Positions 46,133 to 55,508 of a DNA stretch of 64,000 nt are shown piece after piece. The translations under genes and the position numbers were made by a program. The notes under the pieces are model-generated. The model was not told where the DNA came from and ran no database searches. It saw only the letters and a program-made list of their open reading frames with translations. The stretch is from contig CAZHEV010000013.1 in assembly GCA_964531335.1 (NCBI GenBank), positions 22,732-86,731 of the forward strand, given 5' to 3'. This DNA comes from an uncultured bacterium (GTDB taxonomy: Bacteria > Eisenbacteria > RBG-16-71-46 > CAZHEV01). Numbering within the stretch: the stretch's first letter is position 1; every line of letters starts with the position of its first letter.

Positions 46133-46812
46133 GATTGGTCCTCGATAGCATTGGTTTCGACGGCCAGACCGCGGGCGCGCCAGTCGGTCACTCCCTCCTC
46201 CATTCGGATGGCGTAAAAGCCTTTTTCGCGAAGCGCCTCGACGGCCTGCACGGATAGCACGCAGTAGGGCCCCCGGCAGTAGGCGACGATGTCTTTATCC
46301 TTGGGAAGCTCGGCCAATCTGGATTCAAGCTCCGTCAGGGGAATCGATATCGCTCCCGGGATGTGGCCTGCGCTGTACTCCTCGACGGGCCGCACGTCGA
46401 TTACCGTGACGCTCTTGCTTCGAACGCGCTCTATCAGTTGCGCGCGATCGACGGCCTCGAGTCCTTCCCGACCGTCGAGGAAGCGACGAGTGATCTGTTC
46501 GATGTCGGCGAGCCGCTTCTCTGCAAGGAGGCGCATGCTTCGGAAAAAGTCACATACCGCCAAGTCGGCGATCTTATAGGTGACGTAGAGTCCCTCCTTG
46601 CGGCCCTCGATGAGGCTTGCTCCACGCAGGACGTGCAGATGGCGGGAGGCGTTGGCGACCGTCAGGCCGGATTCTTTGGCCAGCGCCTCGACGGTCCTCG
46701 GGCCCTGGCAGATAAGATCCAGCAGCTCCAGCCGTTTGGGGCTGGAGACGGCCCTTCCGATCCGCGAAAACTGCTCGTAGATATCGTCTTTGAAGCGCCT
46801 GTTGGGGTTCAT
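46129..46812 (-). CDS. ArsR-family HTH regulator fused to a rhodanese domain (BigR-like persulfide-sensor candidate)
   Basis: N-terminal wHTH (LELLDLICQGPRTVEALAKESGLTVANASRHLHVL), C-terminal rhodanese with active-site loop AYCRGPYC. Confidence 0.8.
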   Translation of the reverse strand: MNPNRRFKDDIYEQFSRIGRAVSSPKRLELLDLICQGPRTVEALAKESGLTVANASRHLHVLRGASLIEGRKEGLYVTYKIADLAVCDFFRSMRLLAEKRLADIEQITRRFLDGREGLEAVDRAQLIERVRSKSVTVIDVRPVEEYSAGHIPGAISIPLTELESRLAELPKDKDIVAYCRGPYCVLSVQAVEALREKGFYAIRMEEGVTDWRARGLAVETNAIEDQS

Positions 46813-46852
46813 GGTAGCCCTTTCTTCTTGTGCTACTCAAGCGAATAAGCAA

Positions 46853-46881
46853 GTAATAGAATAATCTGGCGTCCGTGTCAA
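46853..46881 (-). promoter_or_regulatory. Minus-strand sigma70-type promoter TTGACA-17-TATTAC upstream of the ArsR-rhodanese operon
   Basis: Direct reading of the reverse complement: TTGACA (46881-46876), 17-nt spacer, TATTAC (46858-46853); about 40 nt upstream of ATG 46812. Confidence 0.35.
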
Positions 46882-46963
46882 GACGAAAGATGGTTGTTGC
46901 TGGGAACGCTTGTTCCTCATCTTTTTTCGCCGCACCCGCGCGAACACCTTCGGTCTCAGGGCG

Positions 46964-49900
46964 TTACCTGATAGCCCGGGAGCCGGCATCCCTTTCCTTA
47001 CCGAACATCCTGTAGATGGCGGGCATTAGAATCAGGGTGAGTGCGTTCGCTGAGAGCACTCCCCCGATCACGACTGTGGCGAGCGGGCGCTGCACCTCAG
47101 CCCCAACGCCGGTGTTCAACGCCATCGGAAGGAACCCCAGGCTGGCGACCAGCGTCGTCATGAGAACCGGTCTCAGGCGCAAAAGGGCGCTTTCCTCGAT
47201 CGCCCGCTCGATGGGAAGACCGTCGGCGATCATTCGCTGCATGGTGGAGACGAGTACCAAGCCGGCGAGCATGGCGACCCCGGAGACCGCGACGAATCCC
47301 ACGCCGGCCGACACTGTAAAGGGCATCCCGCGGATCCACAGCGACAGGAGCCCTCCAAGGGTTGCGAAGGGGGCGCCCGTGAAGATGAGCAGCGCGTCCC
47401 GCAGGGATCCCGTACTCGTGTAGAGGAGGAAGAGGATCAGGAGGAGCGCCAGCGGTACGACGATCATCAGGCGATGGCGCGCCCTCTCCATGTGTTCGAA
47501 CTGTCCGGCGAATGCCATGTAGTATCCCGCGGGGAGTTCGACCTCACGATCGAGCCGCTTCCGCGCCTCACCGACAAAGCCACCCACGTCGCGTCCCCTT
47601 ACGTTGCACTGCACGACGATCCGCCTCCTTTGCCACTCGCGCGTGATTGTCGACGGCCCTTCGACCTGCCGGATGCGCGCGAGCTGTTCGAGGGGAATGC
47701 GCCCGCCGGCCGCCGTTGGGATGAGGATCCGCCGCACCGCGTCAGGATCGCTTCGGTATCGCTCCGGCAGTCGCACCGCGAGATCGAAGCGTCGCTGACC
47801 TTCGCGTATCTCCCCGACGGTCACGCCGCCTATAGCCTCCACGACTTCGAGAACATGCTGTGCCGCGACGCCGTGGCGCCCTACGGCATCTTGATCGACT
47901 TGGATTTCGATTACGGGCTGGCCCGTGATCTGTTCCACGTACACGTCGGCCGCCCCGCGAATGCCGCCGATGACGGCGCCCACCTCCGCGGCTTTTTCTC
48001 GAAGGATGTCGAGATCGTCGCCGAAGATCTTTATCCCCACGTCCGTGCGAATCCCGGCGATCATTTCATTCACCCGCATCTCGATCGGTTGCGTGAAGAT
48101 GAGGCGCATCCCGGGCAAACCGGAGAGCTCCAGGCTCATGAGCTCGACCAGTGCCTCTTGGCTGCCGGCTCTCGTCCACTCGCCCCTCGGGGCCAGCGTG
48201 ATGAAGACATCGGAGAGCTCTATCCCCATGGGGTCCGTCGCCACCTCCGCCGTGCCCGTGCGGACCCACACGTCGCGAACCTCGTCGGGGTGCTTCTCGA
48301 GGATTATCTTCTCGATCCGGCCGCCGTAGCGAACGGACTCCTCCAGGGAGATCCCGGACAGCCGGACCGTGTTTATCACAATCCCACCCTCGGAGAGGCG
48401 CGGAAGGAATTCCGAGCCTATTCGCGTGGCGAGGACCGCCCCACAAGCGAGCAGCAGAAGCGCTCCGGCCAGGACGCGCCGACGGCGCCTGATCGCATAG
48501 CGAACCACCGGGCCATAGATGCTTTTTGTGGCGCGAGCGATTCTGTTCTCCTTGGCCTCCGTACGATTCCGCAGTACGAGGCTCGCCAAAACAGGCATGA
48601 GGGTGAGCGAGAGAACCAGCGAGCCGGCGAGCGCGAAAAGCAGAGTGAGGGCCATAGGTCTGAAGAGCCTTCCCTCCACGCCTTCGAGTGTCAGGACCGG
48701 CAGGAAGACGATGGCAATGATCAGCTCTCCGTACATCGTGGGTTTGCGGACTTCAGTGGCGGCCTCGCGGACGGTGTCGATCACCGAACGGCGGCCTTCA
48801 TGATGAGCCAGGCGCCGGACGCAGTTCTCGACCGAGATTACCGAGCTGTCCACGATGAGGCCGAAGTCTATGGCACCGAGACTCATAAGGCTCCCCGCGA
48901 TGCCGAACTTGACCATGCCGTTAACCGCAAAAAGCATGGACAGTGGAATCGCCGCCGCGACGATGAGCCCGGCGCGTAGGTTGCCCAGGAGAACAAAGAG
49001 CACGGCGATGACCAGGAGCGCTCCCACTAGCAAGTTCTCCTCTACGGTATGGAGGACTTTGTCGACGAGGTCCGTTCGCTCGTACAGGGGTTTCACCTCG
49101 ACTCCCTCCGGGAGCGTCTCCCGGATCTCCGCCATTCGCTCGCGGAGGCGTGAAGTCACCTCGTGACTGTTCTCCCCCATCAGCATGAAGGCGAGCCCCA
49201 GCACCACCTCCCCACGCCCGTTGGCTGTGACCGCGCCTCGGCGAATCTCATGCCCCTCGCGCACCTCGGCAACGTCTCGGACGCGGATCGGCACTCCGTC
49301 CTCGGCCGTGATGAAGATGTTCCCGATCTCCCGGAGATCCGTCGTCAGACCGATGCCCTGGACCAGGTTCATCTCGCCCGCCTGCGCGATGTATCCGCCT
49401 CCGACAACCAGGTTGTTCTTCTCAAGCGCTCGAAGCACGTCGTCCAGCGTCATGTCGTATTTCACGAGGCGCACGGGATCGGCAAGTACGTGGAACTGTT
49501 TTCGCTTTCCTCCCCACGTATTGACCTCGGCCACCCCCGGAACCGATTGCAGCCGCGGCTTGATGACCCACTCGTGCAGCGTCGTGAGCTCCATGAGGGT
49601 GTGGCTCTCGCTTGTTACCACGTAGTGATAGATCTCCCCAAGCCCCGTGGCTACGGGGCCCATCTCCGGGTTAGGGGTCCCGTCGGGAATCTCCACCGTC
49701 TGCAGGCGCTCCATGATGAGCTGCCGCGCGAAGTAGATGTCGACGTCCTCTTCAAAGGTGACCGTCACCTGGGACAGACCGAATTTCGAGATCGACCGCA
49801 CTCCCTCCAGTCCCGGTAGGCCGGCGATCGCCCGCTCGACGGGGAAGGTGATCTGTTGCTCGATTTCCATGGGCGATAGTGCCGGCGCCGTAGTGTTGAT

Positions 49901-50044
49901 CTGCACCTGCACCGGAGTGGTGTCCGGGAAAGCATCGATCGGCAATCGGAACAACGTCCTGACGCTTACCGCAGCCAAGACGACGGTCAAAACTATGACC
50001 AGAAATCGGTGGTTCAGAGACCACGAAATAATCGCGCTTATCAC
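46964..50044 (-). CDS. RND efflux permease, heavy-metal-efflux (CzcA/CusA) family
   Basis: 1026 aa; GTG start with RBS GAGGAG; 12-TM RND architecture; N-terminus MISAIISWSLNHRFLVIVLTVVLAAVSV...AFPD typical of HME-RND. Confidence 0.9.
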   Translation of the reverse strand: MISAIISWSLNHRFLVIVLTVVLAAVSVRTLFRLPIDAFPDTTPVQVQINTTAPALSPMEIEQQITFPVERAIAGLPGLEGVRSISKFGLSQVTVTFEEDVDIYFARQLIMERLQTVEIPDGTPNPEMGPVATGLGEIYHYVVTSESHTLMELTTLHEWVIKPRLQSVPGVAEVNTWGGKRKQFHVLADPVRLVKYDMTLDDVLRALEKNNLVVGGGYIAQAGEMNLVQGIGLTTDLREIGNIFITAEDGVPIRVRDVAEVREGHEIRRGAVTANGRGEVVLGLAFMLMGENSHEVTSRLRERMAEIRETLPEGVEVKPLYERTDLVDKVLHTVEENLLVGALLVIAVLFVLLGNLRAGLIVAAAIPLSMLFAVNGMVKFGIAGSLMSLGAIDFGLIVDSSVISVENCVRRLAHHEGRRSVIDTVREAATEVRKPTMYGELIIAIVFLPVLTLEGVEGRLFRPMALTLLFALAGSLVLSLTLMPVLASLVLRNRTEAKENRIARATKSIYGPVVRYAIRRRRRVLAGALLLLACGAVLATRIGSEFLPRLSEGGIVINTVRLSGISLEESVRYGGRIEKIILEKHPDEVRDVWVRTGTAEVATDPMGIELSDVFITLAPRGEWTRAGSQEALVELMSLELSGLPGMRLIFTQPIEMRVNEMIAGIRTDVGIKIFGDDLDILREKAAEVGAVIGGIRGAADVYVEQITGQPVIEIQVDQDAVGRHGVAAQHVLEVVEAIGGVTVGEIREGQRRFDLAVRLPERYRSDPDAVRRILIPTAAGGRIPLEQLARIRQVEGPSTITREWQRRRIVVQCNVRGRDVGGFVGEARKRLDREVELPAGYYMAFAGQFEHMERARHRLMIVVPLALLLILFLLYTSTGSLRDALLIFTGAPFATLGGLLSLWIRGMPFTVSAGVGFVAVSGVAMLAGLVLVSTMQRMIADGLPIERAIEESALLRLRPVLMTTLVASLGFLPMALNTGVGAEVQRPLATVVIGGVLSANALTLILMPAIYRMFGKERDAGSRAIR

Positions 50045-50056
50045 GGGATCTCCTCT

Positions 50057-51613
50057 CTACGCACCGGGATCCACTTCGCAGCAGCCCGCGCCGATACTCC
50101 CCTTGAGGATTTCCGTCTTTAGAAGAAAGCTTCCCTGTGTAACGACCTCTTCGCCGGTCTTGAGCCCGCTGAGAACCTCATAAAACCTCCCCGCCGCCGA
50201 GCCGAGGTGAACCTTGCGAGGTTCGTACAGCATCTCGGATTTCTTCACGAAAACCACGTTGCAGCAGCCCTCCCACTGCACCGCCGTTTCAGGCACCACA
50301 AGCGCCTCGTGCCGGTCGTGTACCGAGACAATCGCTTTCGCGAACATGTTCGCGCGAAGGGCTCCGTCGCTGTTGTCCAGCAGGACCCGGGCCCTAAGCG
50401 TTCGAGTGTGTGGGTCCATCTGAGTGCTCACCCATGTAATCTCCCCGGCGAATGCCTCTCCGGGGAGCTCGTCCACGCGCAGGACGACCGCTTGCCTCTC
50501 ACGGACCTCGCGAACCTCGGACTCGTACACGTCGAGGAGCGCCCACATTCCGGAGACGTCCGCAATCGAATAAAGCGTTTTCGACGGCTCCACAACCTCG
50601 CCCACGACGGCGTCTCGTCCCACCACGACGCCTGAGAACGACGCGGTGAGGGTGTAACGGGCGCTCGTGTCTCCGGTCCGCGCGACTTCGTCGACCTGTC
50701 TCTCCGACAGACCAAGACTGAGCAGCTCTTGCCGGGTCTTTGAAAGCGCAATGCGGCTCTCGGCGAGTCTCCCCTCTGCTTCAAGGACGTCCCTCTCGGT
50801 CGATACACCCCGACCGAGGAGATTGCTCTCCCTTGAGTGATTTTTCTCCCATTGATAAACGGCGCTTGCCGACTGAAGGTAGGCGGCCTTCGCCGCGCCG
50901 AGAACCGCGGAGGTCACCGTCACCAGCGCATCACCTCGTTCCACTCGGTCGCCCAGGTCCCTGTGAATATCCGCGATAACGCCCGGGACCTGAGACGAGA
51001 GCCGGGCGTAGCGGTTGCCGTCATAGGCCACCACCGCGTTACACTCAACTGTCTTTGTAATCGGCCGGCGTTCGACCCTGGCGAACTCCAGCCCCGCGTC
51101 CCGGGCGATGTCCGGAGTTTCGAAACGCACGACGAGGTCTTGCGTTGAGCAGGAGACCGAAGGTGGCTTTCGGCTCCGTGGGAGATCTTCGTACTCGGAC
51201 GTTGAATCGAACGGCGCGGCGGCCGGCGCTGACGCGTCCGAGGACTCTGTTGGACCGCTCTCTTCCTTCTTCTCAGGAGCAAGCTCCGGGTTGCAGATGT
51301 AACACTGAGATTCCGGGCGATCGTGCCCTCCGCACCAGTCGCCGGTCGCCTTGAACGCGGGAATGAGCGCCGGATTGCACTGATAGCAGAGGGCCTCGGG
51401 AACGCCATGCTCACTGCAGTGTCCCAGCTTCTCGATCAAGCTCGGGTCGCAGAAGGGACATTGGGCCTCGGCGATCTGGTGCTCATCACAGAACGCGCCG
51501 GCCTCACCTCTCGCCTTTCCGCCGCCGTCCTCATCGCCTCGGTCACAGCCGGTGCCGGACCATCCGATTACTATCACCAATAGCGCAGTCATGATACGTG
51601 CACGTGTCATCAT
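50057..51613 (-). CDS. RND efflux periplasmic adaptor (CzcB/CusB-like) with N-terminal Cys/His-rich metal-binding repeats
   Basis: Start overlaps upstream stop (ATGATGA) with RBS AAGGAGGG; three N-terminal modules (C..H...CPFCDP / HCSEH...CYQCNP / WCGGH...CYICNP); membrane-fusion-protein core downstream. Confidence 0.8.
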   Translation of the reverse strand: MMTRARIMTALLVIVIGWSGTGCDRGDEDGGGKARGEAGAFCDEHQIAEAQCPFCDPSLIEKLGHCSEHGVPEALCYQCNPALIPAFKATGDWCGGHDRPESQCYICNPELAPEKKEESGPTESSDASAPAAAPFDSTSEYEDLPRSRKPPSVSCSTQDLVVRFETPDIARDAGLEFARVERRPITKTVECNAVVAYDGNRYARLSSQVPGVIADIHRDLGDRVERGDALVTVTSAVLGAAKAAYLQSASAVYQWEKNHSRESNLLGRGVSTERDVLEAEGRLAESRIALSKTRQELLSLGLSERQVDEVARTGDTSARYTLTASFSGVVVGRDAVVGEVVEPSKTLYSIADVSGMWALLDVYESEVREVRERQAVVLRVDELPGEAFAGEITWVSTQMDPHTRTLRARVLLDNSDGALRANMFAKAIVSVHDRHEALVVPETAVQWEGCCNVVFVKKSEMLYEPRKVHLGSAAGRFYEVLSGLKTGEEVVTQGSFLLKTEILKGSIGAGCCEVDPGA

Positions 51614-52944
51614 AGCCCTCCTTGCTCATCGTAGGGACCGCGTCCCACGAGGCTCATGAGCTCGGCTTCGGCGGCGCCGAGATCCCTCTTAAGCTCCAGA
51701 CCTCTCAGGCGCATCTCGGCGAGCGTTCGTTGTGCGTCGATCAGGTCCAGGAACGGGAGGCGTCCGGCGCGGTATCCTTCCAGCGCCTGCTCCATGCCTA
51801 TCTCGGCGGCAGGCTCCATTCTGTCTCGGGAGATCTCGAGCTGCTCTCCCGTGGTAAGGAATTGCCGGAATGCGACCGCCAACTCGGCAACGAGGCCGCT
51901 CTTCACAGACCTCTCGTCTTGCTCCGCCAGCGAGACCAAGGACCGGCGCTCCGTGACTTCCCCCTGCTTGCGATTGAACACCGGAAGCGGTAGGGCGACC
52001 CCCGCTTCAACAAATCCTTCGTCGGATGCTCCAAACCGCCCGTATGAAAAGAAGAGGTTCAGGTCTGGAACACGGGCGGCCTTGGCGACGCGAAGGGTTG
52101 CCTGGGCGGCCAATACACGTTGTCTGCTTTCCAGAATCGCGGGATGTGTCTTGAGGAGCTCAGCGGTGGCCTCCTCGACGTCCCACTCCACGAGCGGGGG
52201 CTCGAGCCTGCCGCCAAGTCGATCAGGCGGTATCCGCAGGCCCCCAAGGAGCGCGGCGAGTTCTGCTGCCGCTCTTGCCCGGCCCGCCGCCAGTCGCCGC
52301 CGTTCCATTTCGAGCTCGTATACTTCCAGAAGCGCCTTGGTCACCTGGGATTCCGGGACGGCACGGAGATCAAAGCGTGCTTCGGCAATCGCGCGCGTGT
52401 CATTCGCCACGCTCAGAAGCTTCTTGAGCTCCAAGTCCGCCTCATTAAAGAAAAGTAGCTCGACCCAGAGTGTGTGAGCCTGCCTGAAAACCTCTCTTCG
52501 CGTCCGCGCGAGCGCGTGGTACGTTGCTTCCCGATCGGCCATGGCCGCGGCTCGGGCCGCGCCGCGGCGTCCGCTTATGATGAGAGGCTGGGCGAACTTA
52601 AGCTTGTCCTTCCGGTCCCCGCGGTCTTCGAGTGAAACCTCTTCGGCCGCAAGCTCAATGGAAGGGTTTGGATAAACACCGGCCTGCCTGACTCGTCCTT
52701 CGGTTGCCTGTACTCCGCTCCGAGCGGCGGCAATCGCCGGGCTGGTTAGATCGGCAAGCTGAAGCAGGTCGGCAAGCCCGACCGTCTCCTTTTCAAGGAT
52801 TAATCGGACCTCGTCTTGGATGCCGCGCGCCTTGCGGTCAACATCATCCTTGTCGGCCCCCACGTCACCTGTTTGGTCCCCTCTGGCGGCCGTGGCGACG
52901 AGGAGCAGGAAAAAGAACAGAAATACAGGTTGCTTCTTGGCCAT
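51610..52944 (-). CDS. Outer-membrane efflux protein (TolC/CzcC family)
   Basis: ATG 52944 with RBS GGAGGG; signal peptide MAKKQPVFLFFFLLLVATAARG; TolC-like repeats. Confidence 0.8.
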   Translation of the reverse strand: MAKKQPVFLFFFLLLVATAARGDQTGDVGADKDDVDRKARGIQDEVRLILEKETVGLADLLQLADLTSPAIAAARSGVQATEGRVRQAGVYPNPSIELAAEEVSLEDRGDRKDKLKFAQPLIISGRRGAARAAAMADREATYHALARTRREVFRQAHTLWVELLFFNEADLELKKLLSVANDTRAIAEARFDLRAVPESQVTKALLEVYELEMERRRLAAGRARAAAELAALLGGLRIPPDRLGGRLEPPLVEWDVEEATAELLKTHPAILESRQRVLAAQATLRVAKAARVPDLNLFFSYGRFGASDEGFVEAGVALPLPVFNRKQGEVTERRSLVSLAEQDERSVKSGLVAELAVAFRQFLTTGEQLEISRDRMEPAAEIGMEQALEGYRAGRLPFLDLIDAQRTLAEMRLRGLELKRDLGAAEAELMSLVGRGPYDEQGGL

Positions 52945-53031
52945 GCGGAATCCCTCCATAGCAAGACCCACGCGCCGGACGTCTATCCGGTCGCTTCAGG
53001 GCTCAACGCTGTCATAACGAGAAGGAGAGAT

Positions 53032-53409
53032 TCAGGAACGTGGAGGGTGGTAGATCCCGTCGGGGGTCACAGAAGAAAAGTCTTCGCGGCATTGGGGCAT
53101 GGAGCTTGAAAAGCGGTTTATGCAGCCCAGATCAACCAGTTGCGCTCCTTGTACGAAAACCATCCCAAGGCAGCATGGCAAGGGACAATCGTCGCAATTG
53201 TTCGGACAGCAGCCATCTTCGAGCGGCAGCCCGGTTCCATCCGCCGGCACGGCGGGGCACCGTTCGTCCGGGGCACAGCAAGGGATGTCACTACTATCCT
53301 GATCAAGGCCGGGACTCCGGCCGCTCAGGACGGCTGAAGGAAGCAAAGCCACTACCAGCGAAACGGCGATCACTGCGGCAAGTGGGCTACATTTTCGTGC
53401 TACCGGCAT
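53032..53409 (-). CDS. Small secreted Cys-rich protein (putative periplasmic metal-binding)
   Basis: ATG 53409 with RBS GAGGG; signal peptide; mature part has about 12 Cys including CC pairs (IPCCAPDERCP, DGCCPNNCDDCPLPCC). Confidence 0.45.
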   Translation of the reverse strand: MPVARKCSPLAAVIAVSLVVALLPSAVLSGRSPGLDQDSSDIPCCAPDERCPAVPADGTGLPLEDGCCPNNCDDCPLPCCLGMVFVQGAQLVDLGCINRFSSSMPQCREDFSSVTPDGIYHPPRS

Positions 53410-53927
53410 CGTGCCCTCGTGGACATGCGGATTCAAGTTCTCCTGAGTCAGTGGAACCATCAGGCCTCAACGTCTTACTATACCCCTCAGATGGGACTTT
53501 ATGCAAGCCTTAAACACGTGGGTACCATCGAGGTTCCAGAGCGGAGGATTGCAACGCCATGGGGCCACGAGTGCGCCTTTATTGTCTAGGCGTTGTTCGT
53601 TGCCTCAGAGTAGAAATTGTCGCTGCTAACACGTGCGTACTGTGGCTCTTCTTCGGCGTGAGATCCCGAGGAAGCCGGCGACACCGTCTTCGATCCCGCG
53701 GACAGGTTGCAGTCGGTGTAGATAGTCAGTTGCCCTGGGCCCGTCCCACGGCGCCCGCAGCTCCCCTCGATGAGCCTCTTCACAAAGCCATGTCGGTGAT
53801 TAGACAGGGCTTTGACGCCGATTCCGGCGACTGTCCCAGGTCTGAGGTAGGACGTTGTTCGCATTGAGACAATCCGGCTCCACGAGGAAGATCCGCTGAT
53901 CGAGTAAGCCTCCATCGCAGTCTTGCG

Positions 53928-53956
53928 TTGACATCAGACACATGGGGTACTAAAGT
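53928..53956 (+). promoter_or_regulatory. Sigma70-type promoter TTGACA-17-TAAAGT upstream of the third arsR-family gene
   Basis: Direct reading: TTGACA 53928-53933, TAAAGT 53951-53956; RBS AAGGAG precedes GTG 53989. Confidence 0.4.
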
Positions 53957-53988
53957 ATCCGCGTGGATGCTTAACTTAAGGAGCCTAC

Positions 53989-54327
53989 GTGCACGAACCG
54001 GAAAAACTGGCCCGCGTTTTTAAGGTGCTCTCCGTGGAAACGCGGGTTCGCATGATCGATCTGTTGAAGGATCGGTCCCTCTGCGTAAACGCGCTGGCCC
54101 GCGCCTTGGACATCACCCCCGCGGCCGTCTCGCAGCATCTGCGAGTGCTGCGGGACGCGGACGTCGTGACCGCGGACAAGCAGGGTTATTTCGTACACTA
54201 CCGACTGAACGAGACAACGCTGGCTGAGTGGAAAGAGGCAATGAGAAGGCTGCTTGAGATGAACGTCAAGGGGCGTCCCCGCCTCTCGGAGGGAAAAGTG
54301 CATCGGGTCAGGAGGTCACGTTCATAG
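53989..54327 (+). CDS. ArsR/SmtB-family transcriptional regulator (single Cys, no CVC motif)
   Basis: GTG start; wHTH VLSVETRVRMIDLLKDRSLCVNALARALDITPAAVSQHLRVLRDADVV. Confidence 0.8.
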   Translation: MHEPEKLARVFKVLSVETRVRMIDLLKDRSLCVNALARALDITPAAVSQHLRVLRDADVVTADKQGYFVHYRLNETTLAEWKEAMRRLLEMNVKGRPRLSEGKVHRVRRSRS

Positions 54328-54527
54328 CTGGGTCCGGGGCGTCTCACCGGGGAGATGGTCTGCGAGAGTCCCAATCATGAAGGAGTGGGACGCGGATCGA
54401 CTCATGGCGGTTTGACCCCTGGCGCGGCGGACGGGCAATGGAGAATGAGATTAACTCGGGCATTTGATTCATTTGAGTGAGCGGCGCCCGGACGTTCCGA
54501 TGCGCAAAACCAAAAGGCTCGAGTGTG

Positions 54528-55508
54528 ATGAGAGACGATCGTGTCATCGAGGTGTCCGGCCTGGCCAAGCGTTTCGGCGACGTCGTGGCCGTTGACGGCG
54601 TTACCTTCGACGTGCGCCGCGGGGAGCTGTTCGGCTTTCTCGGCCCCAACGGCGCCGGCAAGACGACAACGATCAACATGCTCACGGGGCTGGCGCGCCC
54701 CACCGCGGGTTCGGTCGAGATCGGGGGGATCGACTGCACGTCCGATCCCAGGGCGGCCCAGCGTCTCATCGGCGTGGTCCCGGACGAAAGCAACCTCTAC
54801 CCCGAGCTCACGGGTTTCCAGAACCTGTGTTTCTGCGCGGCGCTGTACGGGCTGGGCAAGACGGAGCGGCGGGCTCGCGCCCGTGAGCTTCTGGACGATT
54901 TCGGCTTGGCCGGGGCTTCGGACCGCAAGTTCGACGGCTACTCCAGGGGCATGAAGCGCAAGCTCACGATCGCCGCGGGGATCATTCACAAGCCGGAGAT
55001 ATTGTTTCTCGACGAACCCACCACGGGGATCGACGTGGCCGGCGCGCGCCAACTGAGGCGGATGATAGCCGAGCTTCACCGGAGGGGGACCACGATCTTC
55101 CTAACCACCCACTATATTGAGGAGGCGGAGCGTCTCTGCGACCGCGTCGCTTTCATCGTGTCCGGTCGCATTGTCCGAATAGACACCGTCGAGCGCCTGG
55201 TCCAGCCGATCCAGGCGAAGCACGTGGTGCAGATCGCCTGCGCGAGCGCGCCGCCGGACGTACAAGGCGACCTCGCCGAGTCATTCTCCGGCCTGGATTT
55301 CTCCCTCGCCGGGCCCGGCCTGATTCGAGTGGAGGCGCACGAGCCCATCCGCGTAGGGCCGCTGATCCGGTTTCTCGAGGACGGGGGGGTCGAGGTCTCA
55401 GAGGCCCGAAGGCTCCGGCCGTCTCTGGAGGACGTCTTCGTGGGGATCACCGGCATCGAGGCCGACGCCATGCGCAGGGAGAAGGAAAGAGCGGGAGGCG
55501 CCCGATGA
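54528..55508 (+). CDS. ABC transporter ATP-binding protein (ABC-2 type)
   Basis: Walker A GPNGAGKTT, signature YSRGMKRKLTIA, Walker B ILFLDEPTTG. Confidence 0.85.
   Translation: MRDDRVIEVSGLAKRFGDVVAVDGVTFDVRRGELFGFLGPNGAGKTTTINMLTGLARPTAGSVEIGGIDCTSDPRAAQRLIGVVPDESNLYPELTGFQNLCFCAALYGLGKTERRARARELLDDFGLAGASDRKFDGYSRGMKRKLTIAAGIIHKPEILFLDEPTTGIDVAGARQLRRMIAELHRRGTTIFLTTHYIEEAERLCDRVAFIVSGRIVRIDTVERLVQPIQAKHVVQIACASAPPDVQGDLAESFSGLDFSLAGPGLIRVEAHEPIRVGPLIRFLEDGGVEVSEARRLRPSLEDVFVGITGIEADAMRREKERAGGAR

Noticed and set aside
47474-48979. 501-aa plus-strand ORF inside the RND permease gene
   Set aside because: Antisense to a confidently identified RND permease; no motifs.
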